From positions 32,001-96,000 of the forward strand of contig JBDRNJ010000009.1 of the NCBI GenBank assembly GCA_043811375.1: a stretch of 64,000 bases of DNA, given 5' to 3'. Under the pieces are notes generated by a model. It was not told where the DNA came from. It saw nothing but the letters and a program-made list of their open reading frames with translations, and searched no databases. Position numbers and translations under genes: made by a program. This stretch comes from a bacterium. GTDB lineage: Bacteria; Zixibacteria; MSB-5A5; GN15; FEB-12. Within the stretch, counting starts at the first letter, position 1. Each line of letters starts with the position of its first letter. Positions 48,360-58,389 of the stretch are shown here, piece after piece.

Positions 48360-49129
48360 GCCGAATCACCTTCCGTGGCAGCGTCTTTTTTTCCAAGGTG
48401 ACGCAGTTTGGCATACTTGACTAAAACGGCTATTGACGACATGACTGAGATAATAAAGCCTTCCAGGCCGTCGCGAAAGCCCTGCCGGGAAATATAATGC
48501 TTAATGAAAGCCACCGGCGGCCGCAGCACTATGTCCGGCCATCTGGTCCGGCGTCCCCGGCGGTAGGCCTCTTCGGCCCCCAGCGTGGTGTAGTGGTTGA
48601 ACTTGTCAAGGTAATGTTCGAGGCTGGGGTAACTATAATGCAGCAATTCGCCGGCAAGGTTACCGACCGGTCCATCCAGAATCACTTTTTCATGCACTGT
48701 GGCTTCGTCATAATCACCCCGACTCTTGAGAAACAGCCGTAGCACTCGATCAGGATACCAGCCGCAGTGACGAATCCATCGCCCCAGGAAATTCGTTCGC
48801 CGTGGGATGTAGAACCCGGCCAGACCGGAGGTATCCCGCATCACGTCTTTGATCTCCCTGGCCAATTCAGATGACACGACTTCATCGGCATCGATGGAGA
48901 GAATCCATTTCCCCCGTGCCTGCTTGACGGCTTCGCGCTTGGCGTGCCCAAAGCCGCGCCAGGGAGGTGAAAAGATTCTGACCCCCAACTGACCGGCGAT
49001 TTCCCGGGTGCGGTCGGTGGACTGACTGTCAACCAGGATGACTTCATCGGCCCAACTGACGGATTGAATACAGCGCCTGATATTCTCTTCCTCGTTACGG
49101 GAAATGATTACCACCGACAGCTCCATCAT
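48356..49129 (-). CDS. Glycosyltransferase family 2 (LPS core beta-1,4-glucosyltransferase-like)
   Basis: SRNEE, DSQSTD, IDADE, GWYPD, VHE and GFRDGLEG motifs. Confidence 0.9.
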   Translation of the reverse strand: MMELSVVIISRNEEENIRRCIQSVSWADEVILVDSQSTDRTREIAGQLGVRIFSPPWRGFGHAKREAVKQARGKWILSIDADEVVSSELAREIKDVMRDTSGLAGFYIPRRTNFLGRWIRHCGWYPDRVLRLFLKSRGDYDEATVHEKVILDGPVGNLAGELLHYSYPSLEHYLDKFNHYTTLGAEEAYRRGRRTRWPDIVLRPPVAFIKHYISRQGFRDGLEGFIISVMSSIAVLVKYAKLRHLGKKDAATEGDSA

Positions 49130-50244
49130 GGTTTCACCGCTACCATCCGGCTGACTACCTGCTCAAACGCAGTCAGCACGTCACTGACAGAAATGTCGAA
49201 TATATTGTAATCGTTGCCGGACACCACCGCACCCACCTCCTGATCGTAGGGTCGCCACAGCAGGAAGTTTTTCATGAAGCGACTGTACAAACCGACCACC
49301 GGGACGCGCATAGCCCGGGCAATGTGCACCAGCGACGTGTCCGGACTGATCAGCAGATGGGTCCTGCCGATAATCGCCGCAGCTTCCGTCAGACTCAGAC
49401 CGGGCGGCACCAGTTGCACGCGTTGCTGGAAGTGACCCTGCAAACGCGCCGCGCGCAGCCGGTCGTCGCCGACTGCAAACAGAATGACGTTGACCGCATC
49501 GCTGTGAGCCAGCAGACCGCTGATGAGCTGCCGCGATTTGTTTTCAGCCCAGATACGGCTTTGGGAACCGGCCGAGAGGTTGTAGCCGATCAGGAGTTCG
49601 CCAGCGCCGCACGACATGGCGCTTACGACCCGACCGGCTCTCTGACGGGCGGAGTCATCGATGAAAGGCGGTGCGTAACCACTAACGGCGGTACTGTCGA
49701 TCCCGAACGCCTCCAGAAGTCTGAGAGTGTTTTCAATGATATGACCGGTATTGTCCATTCGGTGATCGTAGTTGAAATCATAGTACTCGCGGAATTTCAC
49801 TTTGCCGACACCAATGCGCGGCTTGCCCGGCGCCGCCAACTGAGACAGGAACAGGGCCGTCACTGAATCATCGCAGATCATGTCCACCACACAGTCGAAC
49901 CGTTCGCGACGAATAGCCAGCATCTCCCTGATGTCCTTGAAGAGGTTCTTGCGATAAAGGAATATCCTGTCGAACCGGGGATCACGTATGATTATGGCAT
50001 CGTTGCGAGGTGAGGCCAGAACGGATATCTTGATATGCGGGAAATGAGCCCTGAGACCGTCAAAAACCGGTAGCGATATAACCATATCCCCGATTTTCTC
50101 CGGTCGGAGGAACAACACTTTCTTCAGCCGGGAACCATCCAGAGGAGTGAATTTACCGCGCTTCCTCTTCAGGAAACGCTTGAACAGGCCAAAAAACGCC
50201 GCCTTGATTCTGTGTTCGACCGACTTCAGCGAGAACATGAGCAA
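49126..50244 (-). CDS. Glycosyltransferase family 9
   Basis: RPEKIGDMV and SPDTSLVHIA motifs; start may be 50238. Confidence 0.88.
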   Translation of the reverse strand: MLMFSLKSVEHRIKAAFFGLFKRFLKRKRGKFTPLDGSRLKKVLFLRPEKIGDMVISLPVFDGLRAHFPHIKISVLASPRNDAIIIRDPRFDRIFLYRKNLFKDIREMLAIRRERFDCVVDMICDDSVTALFLSQLAAPGKPRIGVGKVKFREYYDFNYDHRMDNTGHIIENTLRLLEAFGIDSTAVSGYAPPFIDDSARQRAGRVVSAMSCGAGELLIGYNLSAGSQSRIWAENKSRQLISGLLAHSDAVNVILFAVGDDRLRAARLQGHFQQRVQLVPPGLSLTEAAAIIGRTHLLISPDTSLVHIARAMRVPVVGLYSRFMKNFLLWRPYDQEVGAVVSGNDYNIFDISVSDVLTAFEQVVSRMVAVKP

Positions 50245-51356
50245 CCAGCCGGTTTTGTAAGTTGAATAAGATAACGCTCAATTCGGTCGACCATAGTGTC
50301 GGCTGGAAACTCGGTTCGCCACCTCTGTTGTCCGGCCTGCCCGAAAGCTTTCATCCGGGTTTTGGAAGTCAGCATCATGTCAATAGCCGTCGAGAGCGAA
50401 ACGGCGTCGGCGGGCGGAACCAAAAGCGCCGTACGATCGGCCGTCACAACTTCGGGAATCCCCCCCACCTCGGTGGCAACCACCGGCAGCCCGGCCCGCA
50501 TACCCTCCAGAAGAGCTATACCGAAGGGTTCTTCGATCGAGGGGTGGATCATCAAATCAGCCCCCGACAGCAGTGATGCAACGTTGTCGACCATGCCGGC
50601 AAACACAAAACGCTCTTCGAGATTCAATTGTCTGATTCGTAACTGCAAATCCTCCCGCATAGGCCCGTCACCTAACAGCAGAAAAAACAGGTTGTCATGC
50701 CGGCTGTTCAGCGCTGAAGCGGCGTAAACCAGATGGATATGTCCTTTCTGCCGAACAAACCTGCCCACGGTGACAGCCACTATCGAGTCTTCCGGCAATC
50801 TATACCGACTTCTGAGATCAGCCGCAGCGTCGCGGCCAACCGGCGCGAAACTCTCGTCTTCGATTCCGATGGGGATAACTTTCACGATCTCAGGGGTGAC
50901 ATAATCATACCTGGTAATCTGCCGCTTGAGGGCTTCTGACGGTACAATCACACCGTCGATCAGTTTCGGAGTCAGGTAACGGTGAACCGCCGTGTCTTTA
51001 GTGATATCCAGACCCACCGACCAGACCACTTTGGGACCACCCTGCCAACGTGCCGCCAGCCCGGCCAGCCGGACATCCTTGTTGAAATTGACAATGACCA
51101 CATCTGTCTTGTTCGCAGCCAGAAAATTCTTGATTTTTGAAATGGTGCAGGGATTGAAGTCTCCGGAAATATCAAGTTCAAGAGCCGTAACGCCGGAATT
51201 TTCCGCTGCCGCCCGCCGCAGGTACTCCGATCCTCGGCGACCGGCCACCGTCACGGTGTGACCGCGCTGGGATAACCCGGCCGCTGTCAGCCGAATCCAT
51301 TCTTCCATACCACCGTAGGTGGTCGTTTCGATTGAATCCAGGAAGAAGATGTTCAT
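50226..51356 (-). CDS. Glycosyltransferase family 4
   Basis: GGME, GRFVRQKG and EPFGIALLEGM (EX7E) motifs. Confidence 0.9.
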   Translation of the reverse strand: MNIFFLDSIETTTYGGMEEWIRLTAAGLSQRGHTVTVAGRRGSEYLRRAAAENSGVTALELDISGDFNPCTISKIKNFLAANKTDVVIVNFNKDVRLAGLAARWQGGPKVVWSVGLDITKDTAVHRYLTPKLIDGVIVPSEALKRQITRYDYVTPEIVKVIPIGIEDESFAPVGRDAAADLRSRYRLPEDSIVAVTVGRFVRQKGHIHLVYAASALNSRHDNLFFLLLGDGPMREDLQLRIRQLNLEERFVFAGMVDNVASLLSGADLMIHPSIEEPFGIALLEGMRAGLPVVATEVGGIPEVVTADRTALLVPPADAVSLSTAIDMMLTSKTRMKAFGQAGQQRWRTEFPADTMVDRIERYLIQLTKPAGCSCSR

Positions 51357-53254
51357 GCCTTTTCTCCAAACTGCATCTGATACAGACGCCGGTAGAGTCC
51401 CCCCTGCTGCATCAGTTGGTCATGGCGTCCGCTCTGGATGATACGTCCCTGGTCGATGACCAGAATCCGATTGGCATTCTGAATAGTAGACAGTCGATGG
51501 GCCACCACCAGGGTGGTGCGATCGGCCATCAGACGATCGATAGCCTCCTGCACCAGTTTCTCCGACTCGGTGTCGAGAGCCGAGGTGGCTTCGTCAAATA
51601 TCAGTATCGGCGGGTTTTTCAAAAGAGCTCGGGCTATTGCCAGGCGCTGCCGCTGGCCGCCGGAGAGCATCACCCCCCGGTTGCCGACTACCGTCTCGTA
51701 ACCGGAGGGTTGTTCCAGGATGAATTTGTGCGCGTTAGCCATGGCAGCCGCTTCGATCAGCGTGTCATCGACCAGACCGTTAAGACCGTAGGCGATATTA
51801 TTGCGAATGGTGTCATTAAACAGAAATGTCTCCTGGGTAACAATGCCCATCAGGGATCGCAGGGATTTCAAGGATAGACGGCGTATGTCAATCCCATCAA
51901 TCAGGATCGCCCCCTGCTGGGGATCGTAAAATCGCGGCAACAGGTCCAGTAACGTTGATTTGCCGCCCCCGGAAGGTCCCACCAGCGCCACCACTTCACC
52001 GCGCTGCACCTCAAAAGAAACATCGTTAAGGACGGTATCGCTGTCATTGTAGCTGAAAAATACGTGATCGTAACGCAGACCCCGTGTCAGACCATCGATA
52101 TGTTCCGCAGTCGGCGGATCGGCGATCTTCTCGCGTGTATCGAGCACCCTGAAGATGCGTTCGGCGGCAGCCATCCCTTCCTGTAATTTGATATGCACTT
52201 GGCTGAGGGACTTGACCGGTTTGATCATCGAAAACATGGCCAGCACGAACGTCATGAAATCCCCGGCATCAAGTTCGCCCGTCCCGGCAATAATCCGAGA
52301 CCCGGCATACAGGAGAATAACTACCCCGGCTATGGTTGCCAGAATATCATTGATCGGGGAGGCCAGGTGCCGAATCCGGGTCATGCGGAGAAGGGAACGA
52401 AAGTACTCCTTCGTGGCGTGGAAGAACTTCCTGATTTCAAACTTCTCCATGGAGAAAGCCTTGACAATTCGTACGTTGTTGACGGCTTCTTCCAGAACCG
52501 AGTTGACATCGGCCATCCTGTTTTGCGCCCGTTCGGAGTAGCCGCGCAGCTTCTTGCCGGTAAACCAGATGAAGACGAAAACCACCGGCATGATCAGCAT
52601 CGACAACAGCGTCAGTTTCCAACTCAGGATGAATAGAAAGGCGGCAAATACGACGACCATGATCGAGTCGGTCACCAGGCGGTTGAAGCCGATATCTATC
52701 GACTCGTTCAGTACCACGACGTCGTTGGTAATCCGCGAAATGACTTCCCCGGTACGGCGTCGGTGAAAGTAGTCAAGTGACAGGTGCTGGTATTTCTCAA
52801 ACAGACGATCCCGAAAACGCCTGACAACCGACTGCTGCACAAAGGCCATGAAGAACCCCTGCAAATAGAGTAACAGGTTCTTGGCAATCACCACAATCAA
52901 AATCAGCCAACAAAAGTTGATTAGCGTCTCCTGGCGACTTTCGACCGTCACCAGGCTGTCTATGAAGTCCTTCATAGATTGCTTGAAACTACCCACCGTG
53001 GAGGCCAGCTCGTCGACAGCACCGCTACCGTTATCGGTCGGGTCACCGGCATCGGGTCGGGCAGACTGGACCTGATTTGTCTCTCCCGAAATCAGGGGCA
53101 GTTCCACTCCCTGAAAGAGGGTCATCATCAACGGCCCCACCATCCACACCAGCAGGCCCGACAGCAGGGCGTGCAGAGCCGCCGACAGCGAGGCGGTGAT
53201 GAGTTGCTTCCAGTACGGTGTCAGAACCGAAAATGTGCGCCGGTACAAATTCAC
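51353..53254 (-). CDS. msbA: Lipid A export ABC transporter, MsbA-like
   Basis: TM domain fused to NBD (GPSGGGKST, LSGGQRQR, DEATSALD); first gene of the LPS glycosyltransferase operon. Confidence 0.85.
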   Translation of the reverse strand: MNLYRRTFSVLTPYWKQLITASLSAALHALLSGLLVWMVGPLMMTLFQGVELPLISGETNQVQSARPDAGDPTDNGSGAVDELASTVGSFKQSMKDFIDSLVTVESRQETLINFCWLILIVVIAKNLLLYLQGFFMAFVQQSVVRRFRDRLFEKYQHLSLDYFHRRRTGEVISRITNDVVVLNESIDIGFNRLVTDSIMVVVFAAFLFILSWKLTLLSMLIMPVVFVFIWFTGKKLRGYSERAQNRMADVNSVLEEAVNNVRIVKAFSMEKFEIRKFFHATKEYFRSLLRMTRIRHLASPINDILATIAGVVILLYAGSRIIAGTGELDAGDFMTFVLAMFSMIKPVKSLSQVHIKLQEGMAAAERIFRVLDTREKIADPPTAEHIDGLTRGLRYDHVFFSYNDSDTVLNDVSFEVQRGEVVALVGPSGGGKSTLLDLLPRFYDPQQGAILIDGIDIRRLSLKSLRSLMGIVTQETFLFNDTIRNNIAYGLNGLVDDTLIEAAAMANAHKFILEQPSGYETVVGNRGVMLSGGQRQRLAIARALLKNPPILIFDEATSALDTESEKLVQEAIDRLMADRTTLVVAHRLSTIQNANRILVIDQGRIIQSGRHDQLMQQGGLYRRLYQMQFGEKA

Positions 53255-53391
53255 GTCAGATATCCCGTTTAACTACAAGCAATTAATATCATCAATTCAG
53301 GGTATTAAGTCAACTCAGCGAAGAAAGTCGGAACCACAGGGGTTCGACCTGCTTTGGCTTCAATGAGGCAACGCGAGCAACCCCGTACGGA

Positions 53392-54111
53392 TCACGGCTC
53401 TACACGAACGGCGCCTTCGGGTAGAGTAAGTCGAAACTTGTCAGTTGGCACTTGTGCAGCAGTTTTGTAGCGGCGTCGGTTGCCTTTGAGAGTAACATCG
53501 CCGCCGTCATCGAAATGAAATTCGCTCAGCCGCCAGCCGGTCGACTGTCGGTCGTAAACAAGATGCAATTGCCATGGGCAATCAGGTGCTGAAATGTGAA
53601 ACGAAGGATTTTTCGGCCTGGCATAGTCGGCAATAACGCTCAGGTCGGCCGGAATCTCCGATGAGTCGGGCAGAACCACCAGCAACTTCAGGAAATCCAA
53701 TCCCCCCGAAACAGCCGGGCACTTTGCTCGTGAAAAGAGATCGACAATCGACTCGTAGACATATTCCTTTGAGGATGGGAAGTATACTTCCAGCGAGTCG
53801 GCCGTCAGGCGACCTTTCAACGCCCCCTTGCCGAGGTAGGCGCGACCGCCCAGGGCTATGACCGAGTCGGTACGGAAAACCTCCAGACGGAAGGAGGTTG
53901 GTTTGCCTTTACGCTTCAGCCGGGCGTCAAACAACCAGGACTCGGCTGTCACCTTCTGCGGATCTAAAGTGGAGCTACTCTCACCGGTTGCTGCTTTGTC
54001 ATACCGGGCGCCGCAGCCGACAGCCAGCAGCAGTACCACTGTGAGCACAGCCCCCAACCCAGCCCGGCCGGGTCTGTGATCAGATACCAACACCGGCAAA
54101 CAGATACACAA
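53392..54111 (-). CDS. Hypothetical lipoprotein
   Basis: Hydrophobic stretch ending in lipobox-like LAVGC; true start probably downstream of 54111. Confidence 0.65.
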   Translation of the reverse strand: MCICLPVLVSDHRPGRAGLGAVLTVVLLLAVGCGARYDKAATGESSSTLDPQKVTAESWLFDARLKRKGKPTSFRLEVFRTDSVIALGGRAYLGKGALKGRLTADSLEVYFPSSKEYVYESIVDLFSRAKCPAVSGGLDFLKLLVVLPDSSEIPADLSVIADYARPKNPSFHISAPDCPWQLHLVYDRQSTGWRLSEFHFDDGGDVTLKGNRRRYKTAAQVPTDKFRLTLPEGAVRVEP

Positions 54112-54706
54112 AGAAGGTAATGAAGGGACCCAGGATTATCCAGAAGCCACCCATGACAATCAGTGCTATCAATATCAGGGGGGCGATCCGGTTCAGCTTC
54201 TGCAGGGTCGGTTCCATTTCAGGGGGCAACAGGCTGCGCAGGATGTGGGAACCATCGAGCGGAAACAGCGGAATCAGATTGAAGAAGGCCAGCGATACAT
54301 TGATCATCACGGAGAAATACAGCAGCATATATACTGCCTCGGGCAACTGGAAGGACATGCTGGTAGTGAAGCGAAACACCATACCGAAGATGAATCCCAG
54401 ACCGAGATTCGACAGTGGACCGGCCGCCGATATCCAGAAATCGGCCACACGCGGATTGCGCAGATTAAAAGGATTCACCGGTACCGGCTTGGCCCAGCCG
54501 AAACGAAACCCGGACATGAACATCATCAGGGTACCGAATAAATCGAGATGGGCCAGCGGGTTCAGTGTCAGGCGTCCGGCGTCTCGGGCGGTCGTATCAC
54601 CGAACTTCAGCGCCGTCCAGGCGTGGAAGTACTCATGCACCGTCAACGCAAACAGAATGGCCGGCGCGGCAATGATCGCCCGCTGCAGGAAATCCTCACT
54701 GAACAT
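54080..54706 (-). CDS. Site-2 protease family (peptidase M50) protein
   Basis: HEYFH, GWAKPVP, AAGPLSN and FNLIPLFPLDG motifs. Confidence 0.93.
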   Translation of the reverse strand: MFSEDFLQRAIIAAPAILFALTVHEYFHAWTALKFGDTTARDAGRLTLNPLAHLDLFGTLMMFMSGFRFGWAKPVPVNPFNLRNPRVADFWISAAGPLSNLGLGFIFGMVFRFTTSMSFQLPEAVYMLLYFSVMINVSLAFFNLIPLFPLDGSHILRSLLPPEMEPTLQKLNRIAPLILIALIVMGGFWIILGPFITFFVYLFAGVGI

Positions 54707-54753
54707 AAGCTGACACTTCTAATACTATGTCACTACGTGCAACGGCGATACTG

Positions 54754-56091
54754 CTACGCATAGATACCCCGTAACTGCAGTACCTCCAGCAAGCGCGTGA
54801 TGGCCAGCATGAAAGCGGCTATGCGCATACTAACCTTGTGTTCCAACGATACGGCCAACACGTCGTTGAAAGCAGCCACCAATTTCTCTTCGAGGCGACG
54901 GTTGACTGCCTCTTCCGACCAGTAGTATCCCATACGGTTCTGCACCCATTCAAAGTACGACACTGTCACGCCACCTGCGTTGCACAAGATATCGGGGATT
55001 ACCAACACACCCTTCTTGTCCAGGATGGCGTCGGCCTCCGGGGTGGTGGGACCGTTGGCGCCCTCGGACAGGATGCGGCAGTTGATCTTGTGGGCGTTTT
55101 CATCGGTTATCTGGTTCTCCAGTGCGGCAGGAATCATGATATCCACTTCCGCGTAGAGCACACTTTCCGGTCGGGCTTTCCTGGCTCCCGGGAATCCGAC
55201 AACGGAACCCTCTTTCTTAACATAGACCAGTAGTTCGGGAATATCGATACCTCTGGGATTGTGTATGGCTCCCTTGACGTCGGAGACATAGAGTAACTTG
55301 ACGCCCAGCTCGTGCAGCAGTTGGGCTGTCACCGAACCGACGTTGCCGAATCCCTGCACCGAGGCGGTAGCTCCCTTCAGAGACAACCCGATATGCCTGG
55401 CAGCTTCACGAGTAGTGAGCATAACACCGCGCCCGGTAGCCTCGACTCGACCCAGTGAGCCACCGAGACTGATCGGCTTACCGGTGACCACACCCGGTAC
55501 CGAGTGACCCTCGCGCATCGAGTAGGTGTCCATAAACCAGCCCATCACACGTGGTCCGCTGCCGACATCAGGTGCCGGGACATCCCGTTCGGGACCGAAC
55601 AGGTGCATCATGTCGGCCACATAGCGGCGTGTCAGACGTTCCAGTTCGCCCTCCGACAACTTTTGCGGATCGCAGACAACACCGCCCTTGCCGCCACCAA
55701 ACGGGATATTCACAACCGCGCTTTTGAAAGTCATCCACGAAGCCAGCGCCTGTACTTCATCCAATGTGACATCAGGGTGATAACGAATGCCTCCCTTGGC
55801 CGGACCGCGGGCTACCGAATGCTGGACCCGGTAGGCGGTAAATAACCGGTAGGAACCGTCGTCCATCTGCACCGGCAGGTTTGTGATGGTGCTGCGCCGC
55901 GGAGCCTTCATGATATCCCGCAATGAGGGATCAATCTTGAGTTTGCTGGCGGCGGCATCAAACTGCTTCATGACATTATCGAACACCGAGATCGGGATGG
56001 TGATGTTCTTGCGTTGGACAATACTGCGCGGATGTCGTTTCCGTTTGGGCTTGGTAGTCGTCCCGCTTTTGCGTGTTGTGGTCTTGGCCAT
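54754..56091 (-). CDS. gdhA: Glu/Leu/Phe/Val dehydrogenase, probably glutamate dehydrogenase
   Basis: GPAKGGIRY, PFGGGKGG, PAPD, GFGNVG, EGANGP and NAGGVTVSYFEW motifs. Confidence 0.92.
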   Translation of the reverse strand: MAKTTTRKSGTTTKPKRKRHPRSIVQRKNITIPISVFDNVMKQFDAAASKLKIDPSLRDIMKAPRRSTITNLPVQMDDGSYRLFTAYRVQHSVARGPAKGGIRYHPDVTLDEVQALASWMTFKSAVVNIPFGGGKGGVVCDPQKLSEGELERLTRRYVADMMHLFGPERDVPAPDVGSGPRVMGWFMDTYSMREGHSVPGVVTGKPISLGGSLGRVEATGRGVMLTTREAARHIGLSLKGATASVQGFGNVGSVTAQLLHELGVKLLYVSDVKGAIHNPRGIDIPELLVYVKKEGSVVGFPGARKARPESVLYAEVDIMIPAALENQITDENAHKINCRILSEGANGPTTPEADAILDKKGVLVIPDILCNAGGVTVSYFEWVQNRMGYYWSEEAVNRRLEEKLVAAFNDVLAVSLEHKVSMRIAAFMLAITRLLEVLQLRGIYA

Positions 56092-56114
56092 CTTCTTACG
56101 TCCTATTGATAGGT

Positions 56115-56711
56115 TTACCGATAATTTGCTCTTGAAACGGCTCTGGAATCCTTATCATAAAAGCGCCACTGACGATCGGCTCCTTCCTTAACACCAATCC
56201 GACGGGAGCGGCTGACATGGCGCACCGTCGCCGCCCGGTCTTCAAGATACAACTCGTGACCGGTCAAATCAATACCGTTCTGGTTTCTGGTCAGGCCGAA
56301 AGATCGGCACAGCTTCCCCGGTCCGTTCAACAACTGATAGCCGCTCTTACCGGGAGACAGCCGGGTCATAATGTCCTGCCCCTCTTGCGGCTCGGCGGCC
56401 CGCAGCAACACCGCGGCCGGAGAGCCTTCGGGTTCGGTGACGAAATTCAAACAGTGGTACATGCCGTAGACAAAGTAGATATAGGCAAAACCGGGCGGGC
56501 CGAACATCACGGCATTGCGATCCGTCATACCCCGAGCGGCGTGGCAGGCGGGATCGTCACGGCCGATATACGCTTCCACCTCGACGATCCTGGCTGACAG
56601 GCAACCGGTCGGCGAATGGTAAACAAGAAACTTGCCCAGCAGGTCGGTTGCTACCGTCAGGGTTGGACGACTATAGAAAGATCGAGTCAACTTGCGATTT
56701 CGAGCAGACAT
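56115..56711 (-). CDS. mpg: DNA-3-methyladenine glycosylase (MPG/AAG family)
   Basis: IVEVEAY, YGMYHCLN, AVLLRA and NGPGKLC motifs. Confidence 0.94.
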   Translation of the reverse strand: MSARNRKLTRSFYSRPTLTVATDLLGKFLVYHSPTGCLSARIVEVEAYIGRDDPACHAARGMTDRNAVMFGPPGFAYIYFVYGMYHCLNFVTEPEGSPAAVLLRAAEPQEGQDIMTRLSPGKSGYQLLNGPGKLCRSFGLTRNQNGIDLTGHELYLEDRAATVRHVSRSRRIGVKEGADRQWRFYDKDSRAVSRANYR

Positions 56712-56732
56712 GGTAGCCGGTGTTATCCTGCT

Positions 56733-57590
56733 TCAACCTTCACGCGACACGATCCTGTCCGGAATCAGGACAGCAGCAGCGTCAAAATCAAGGCCAACTT
56801 GTTCCGGCCGGTGAGCGTCAGAACCCAGAAACCTTAACGCTGCGCCGGCTCTCCTCGCCGAATTGAGGATAGCCATACTCGGGTAATACTGGTGGAATCC
56901 GTGCCGAATAGCCGAGGTGTTGATTTCCAGTGCCGTATCGGTGGCTTTCAATGAATCAAACAGCTCATTCAGGTAAGGTGCATAAGCCTTATGGATAACC
57001 GGACCGTAATGCTTGTGACCGAAGCGAACGTAGTAGTCAAGGTGCGCGATGGCGTCAAACAGGCCTGAGTGGACCGCTGTCTTCACCTGGTGGAAGTACT
57101 CCCGGCAAAACTGGTCGACCGTCAGATGGGCAAAAGACTGACTAAACCGGTCAAAACAGATGCACCTGTCGTAGATTTCGTGGATGCCGCACAGAACGTG
57201 ATCAAGATCAAAGCGGTCGAGCAGCCCCGATACCGACTCCAGACACCCCGGCCACCAGCCGATTTCCACACCCAGCTTGACCGACAAGCCCCTCGGGTAG
57301 AATTCCTCGTGAGCCCGGTGAACATGATCGACGTAAACCTCAAAGTTATCCGGGGTCGCCGGTCTCTTTTCACCATCGATGCGGATGAAGCAGTCTCCCG
57401 ACCCCGCGGCCGGGTTGGTGTCGAAGTGAGTAGTGAAGCATATCTCCACCAGGCCCAGTTGCAGGGCAGCCCGGCAGTAATCATCGATGCTACCTATCGC
57501 ATCAATCGAGTAATCGCAGTGGCAGTGGTAATCGGCTAAACTGATCTGGGTCAGAGGTGTCAGTTCCGGATAATCAGACGGCATAGCCAC
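56733..57590 (-). CDS. PHP-family phosphatase (histidinol-phosphatase HisJ-like)
   Basis: DYHCH, AHLDY, LEINTS and GSDAH motifs. Confidence 0.85.
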   Translation of the reverse strand: MAMPSDYPELTPLTQISLADYHCHCDYSIDAIGSIDDYCRAALQLGLVEICFTTHFDTNPAAGSGDCFIRIDGEKRPATPDNFEVYVDHVHRAHEEFYPRGLSVKLGVEIGWWPGCLESVSGLLDRFDLDHVLCGIHEIYDRCICFDRFSQSFAHLTVDQFCREYFHQVKTAVHSGLFDAIAHLDYYVRFGHKHYGPVIHKAYAPYLNELFDSLKATDTALEINTSAIRHGFHQYYPSMAILNSARRAGAALRFLGSDAHRPEQVGLDFDAAAVLIPDRIVSREG

Positions 57591-58215
57591 CTGTCAGGAA
57601 AGGGTTGCTCGTTCGTTCGGCTCCAACGGTGGTCTTTGGCCCATGTCCGGGGAGGCAGACTACTTCGTCGGGCAGGGACAGAATCCGGCTCCGGATTGAT
57701 TCGATTAATTGATCGAAGGAACCACCGGGGAAGTCAGTCCGGCCAATGGAGCCGCAAAACAGGGTATCCCCAGTAAACAAGATTCCCTCGCGCTCATCAA
57801 GGTAGCAGACGCCGCCGAGCGTGTGGCCGGGTGTGGATAACACCCGCAGGGAGATTGATCCGATCGTCAGCAATTGCTCATCACCGACGAAATGATCCGC
57901 CGGCGGTGAGGTTACCTCCCGTCCGTAAAACATTGTGACGAGTTCCGATGGTTTGGTAAGCATGTCGCCATCGGGCCGGCCCACGTACAGAGGTACTTTC
58001 AACTCCTCCTTGACTGCCCCTACGGCAGCGATATGGTCGCCGTGACCGTGAGTCAGCAATATGGCTCGAACGTGAGCGGCGGATGAACTGACTGTCCGAA
58101 GAATAGACGCTTCATCTCCACCGGGGTCGATCAGTACAGCATCCCCGGAAGCCTCATCAAGGTACAGGTAGCAATTCACCTCGAATGGCCCCACTACTAT
58201 TGTTTGCAACTTCAT
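57574..58215 (-). CDS. MBL-fold metallo-hydrolase (glyoxalase II-like)
   Basis: THGHGDH, TPGHT, FTGDTLF, GRTDFPGG and PGHG motifs. Confidence 0.92.
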   Translation of the reverse strand: MKLQTIVVGPFEVNCYLYLDEASGDAVLIDPGGDEASILRTVSSSAAHVRAILLTHGHGDHIAAVGAVKEELKVPLYVGRPDGDMLTKPSELVTMFYGREVTSPPADHFVGDEQLLTIGSISLRVLSTPGHTLGGVCYLDEREGILFTGDTLFCGSIGRTDFPGGSFDQLIESIRSRILSLPDEVVCLPGHGPKTTVGAERTSNPFLTGGYAV

Positions 58216-58333
58216 AACAGACCGCCAAGATAGGACTATTTACCGTTCTGTCAACTCCTGCCAACCGACTTGTCAACCGACTGATCGCGGGGCCGAGCTT
58301 GTGAAATAAATAACACTCTACCTCCGAATCAGT

Positions 58334-58362
58334 TTGACGCCTATATGCTAAAAGTGTATAAT
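58334..58362 (+). promoter_or_regulatory. Sigma70 promoter of prfB
   Basis: TTGACG-17 nt-TATAAT. Confidence 0.7.
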
Positions 58363-58389
58363 AGTGGTCCCTTAGTGGAGGATGATGGT

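Noticed and set aside
53327..53352. Intergenic hairpin GTCGGAACC..GGTTCGAC, as a second REP class
   Set aside because: Only one imperfect copy occurs in the window, and it may simply be a terminator-like stem.
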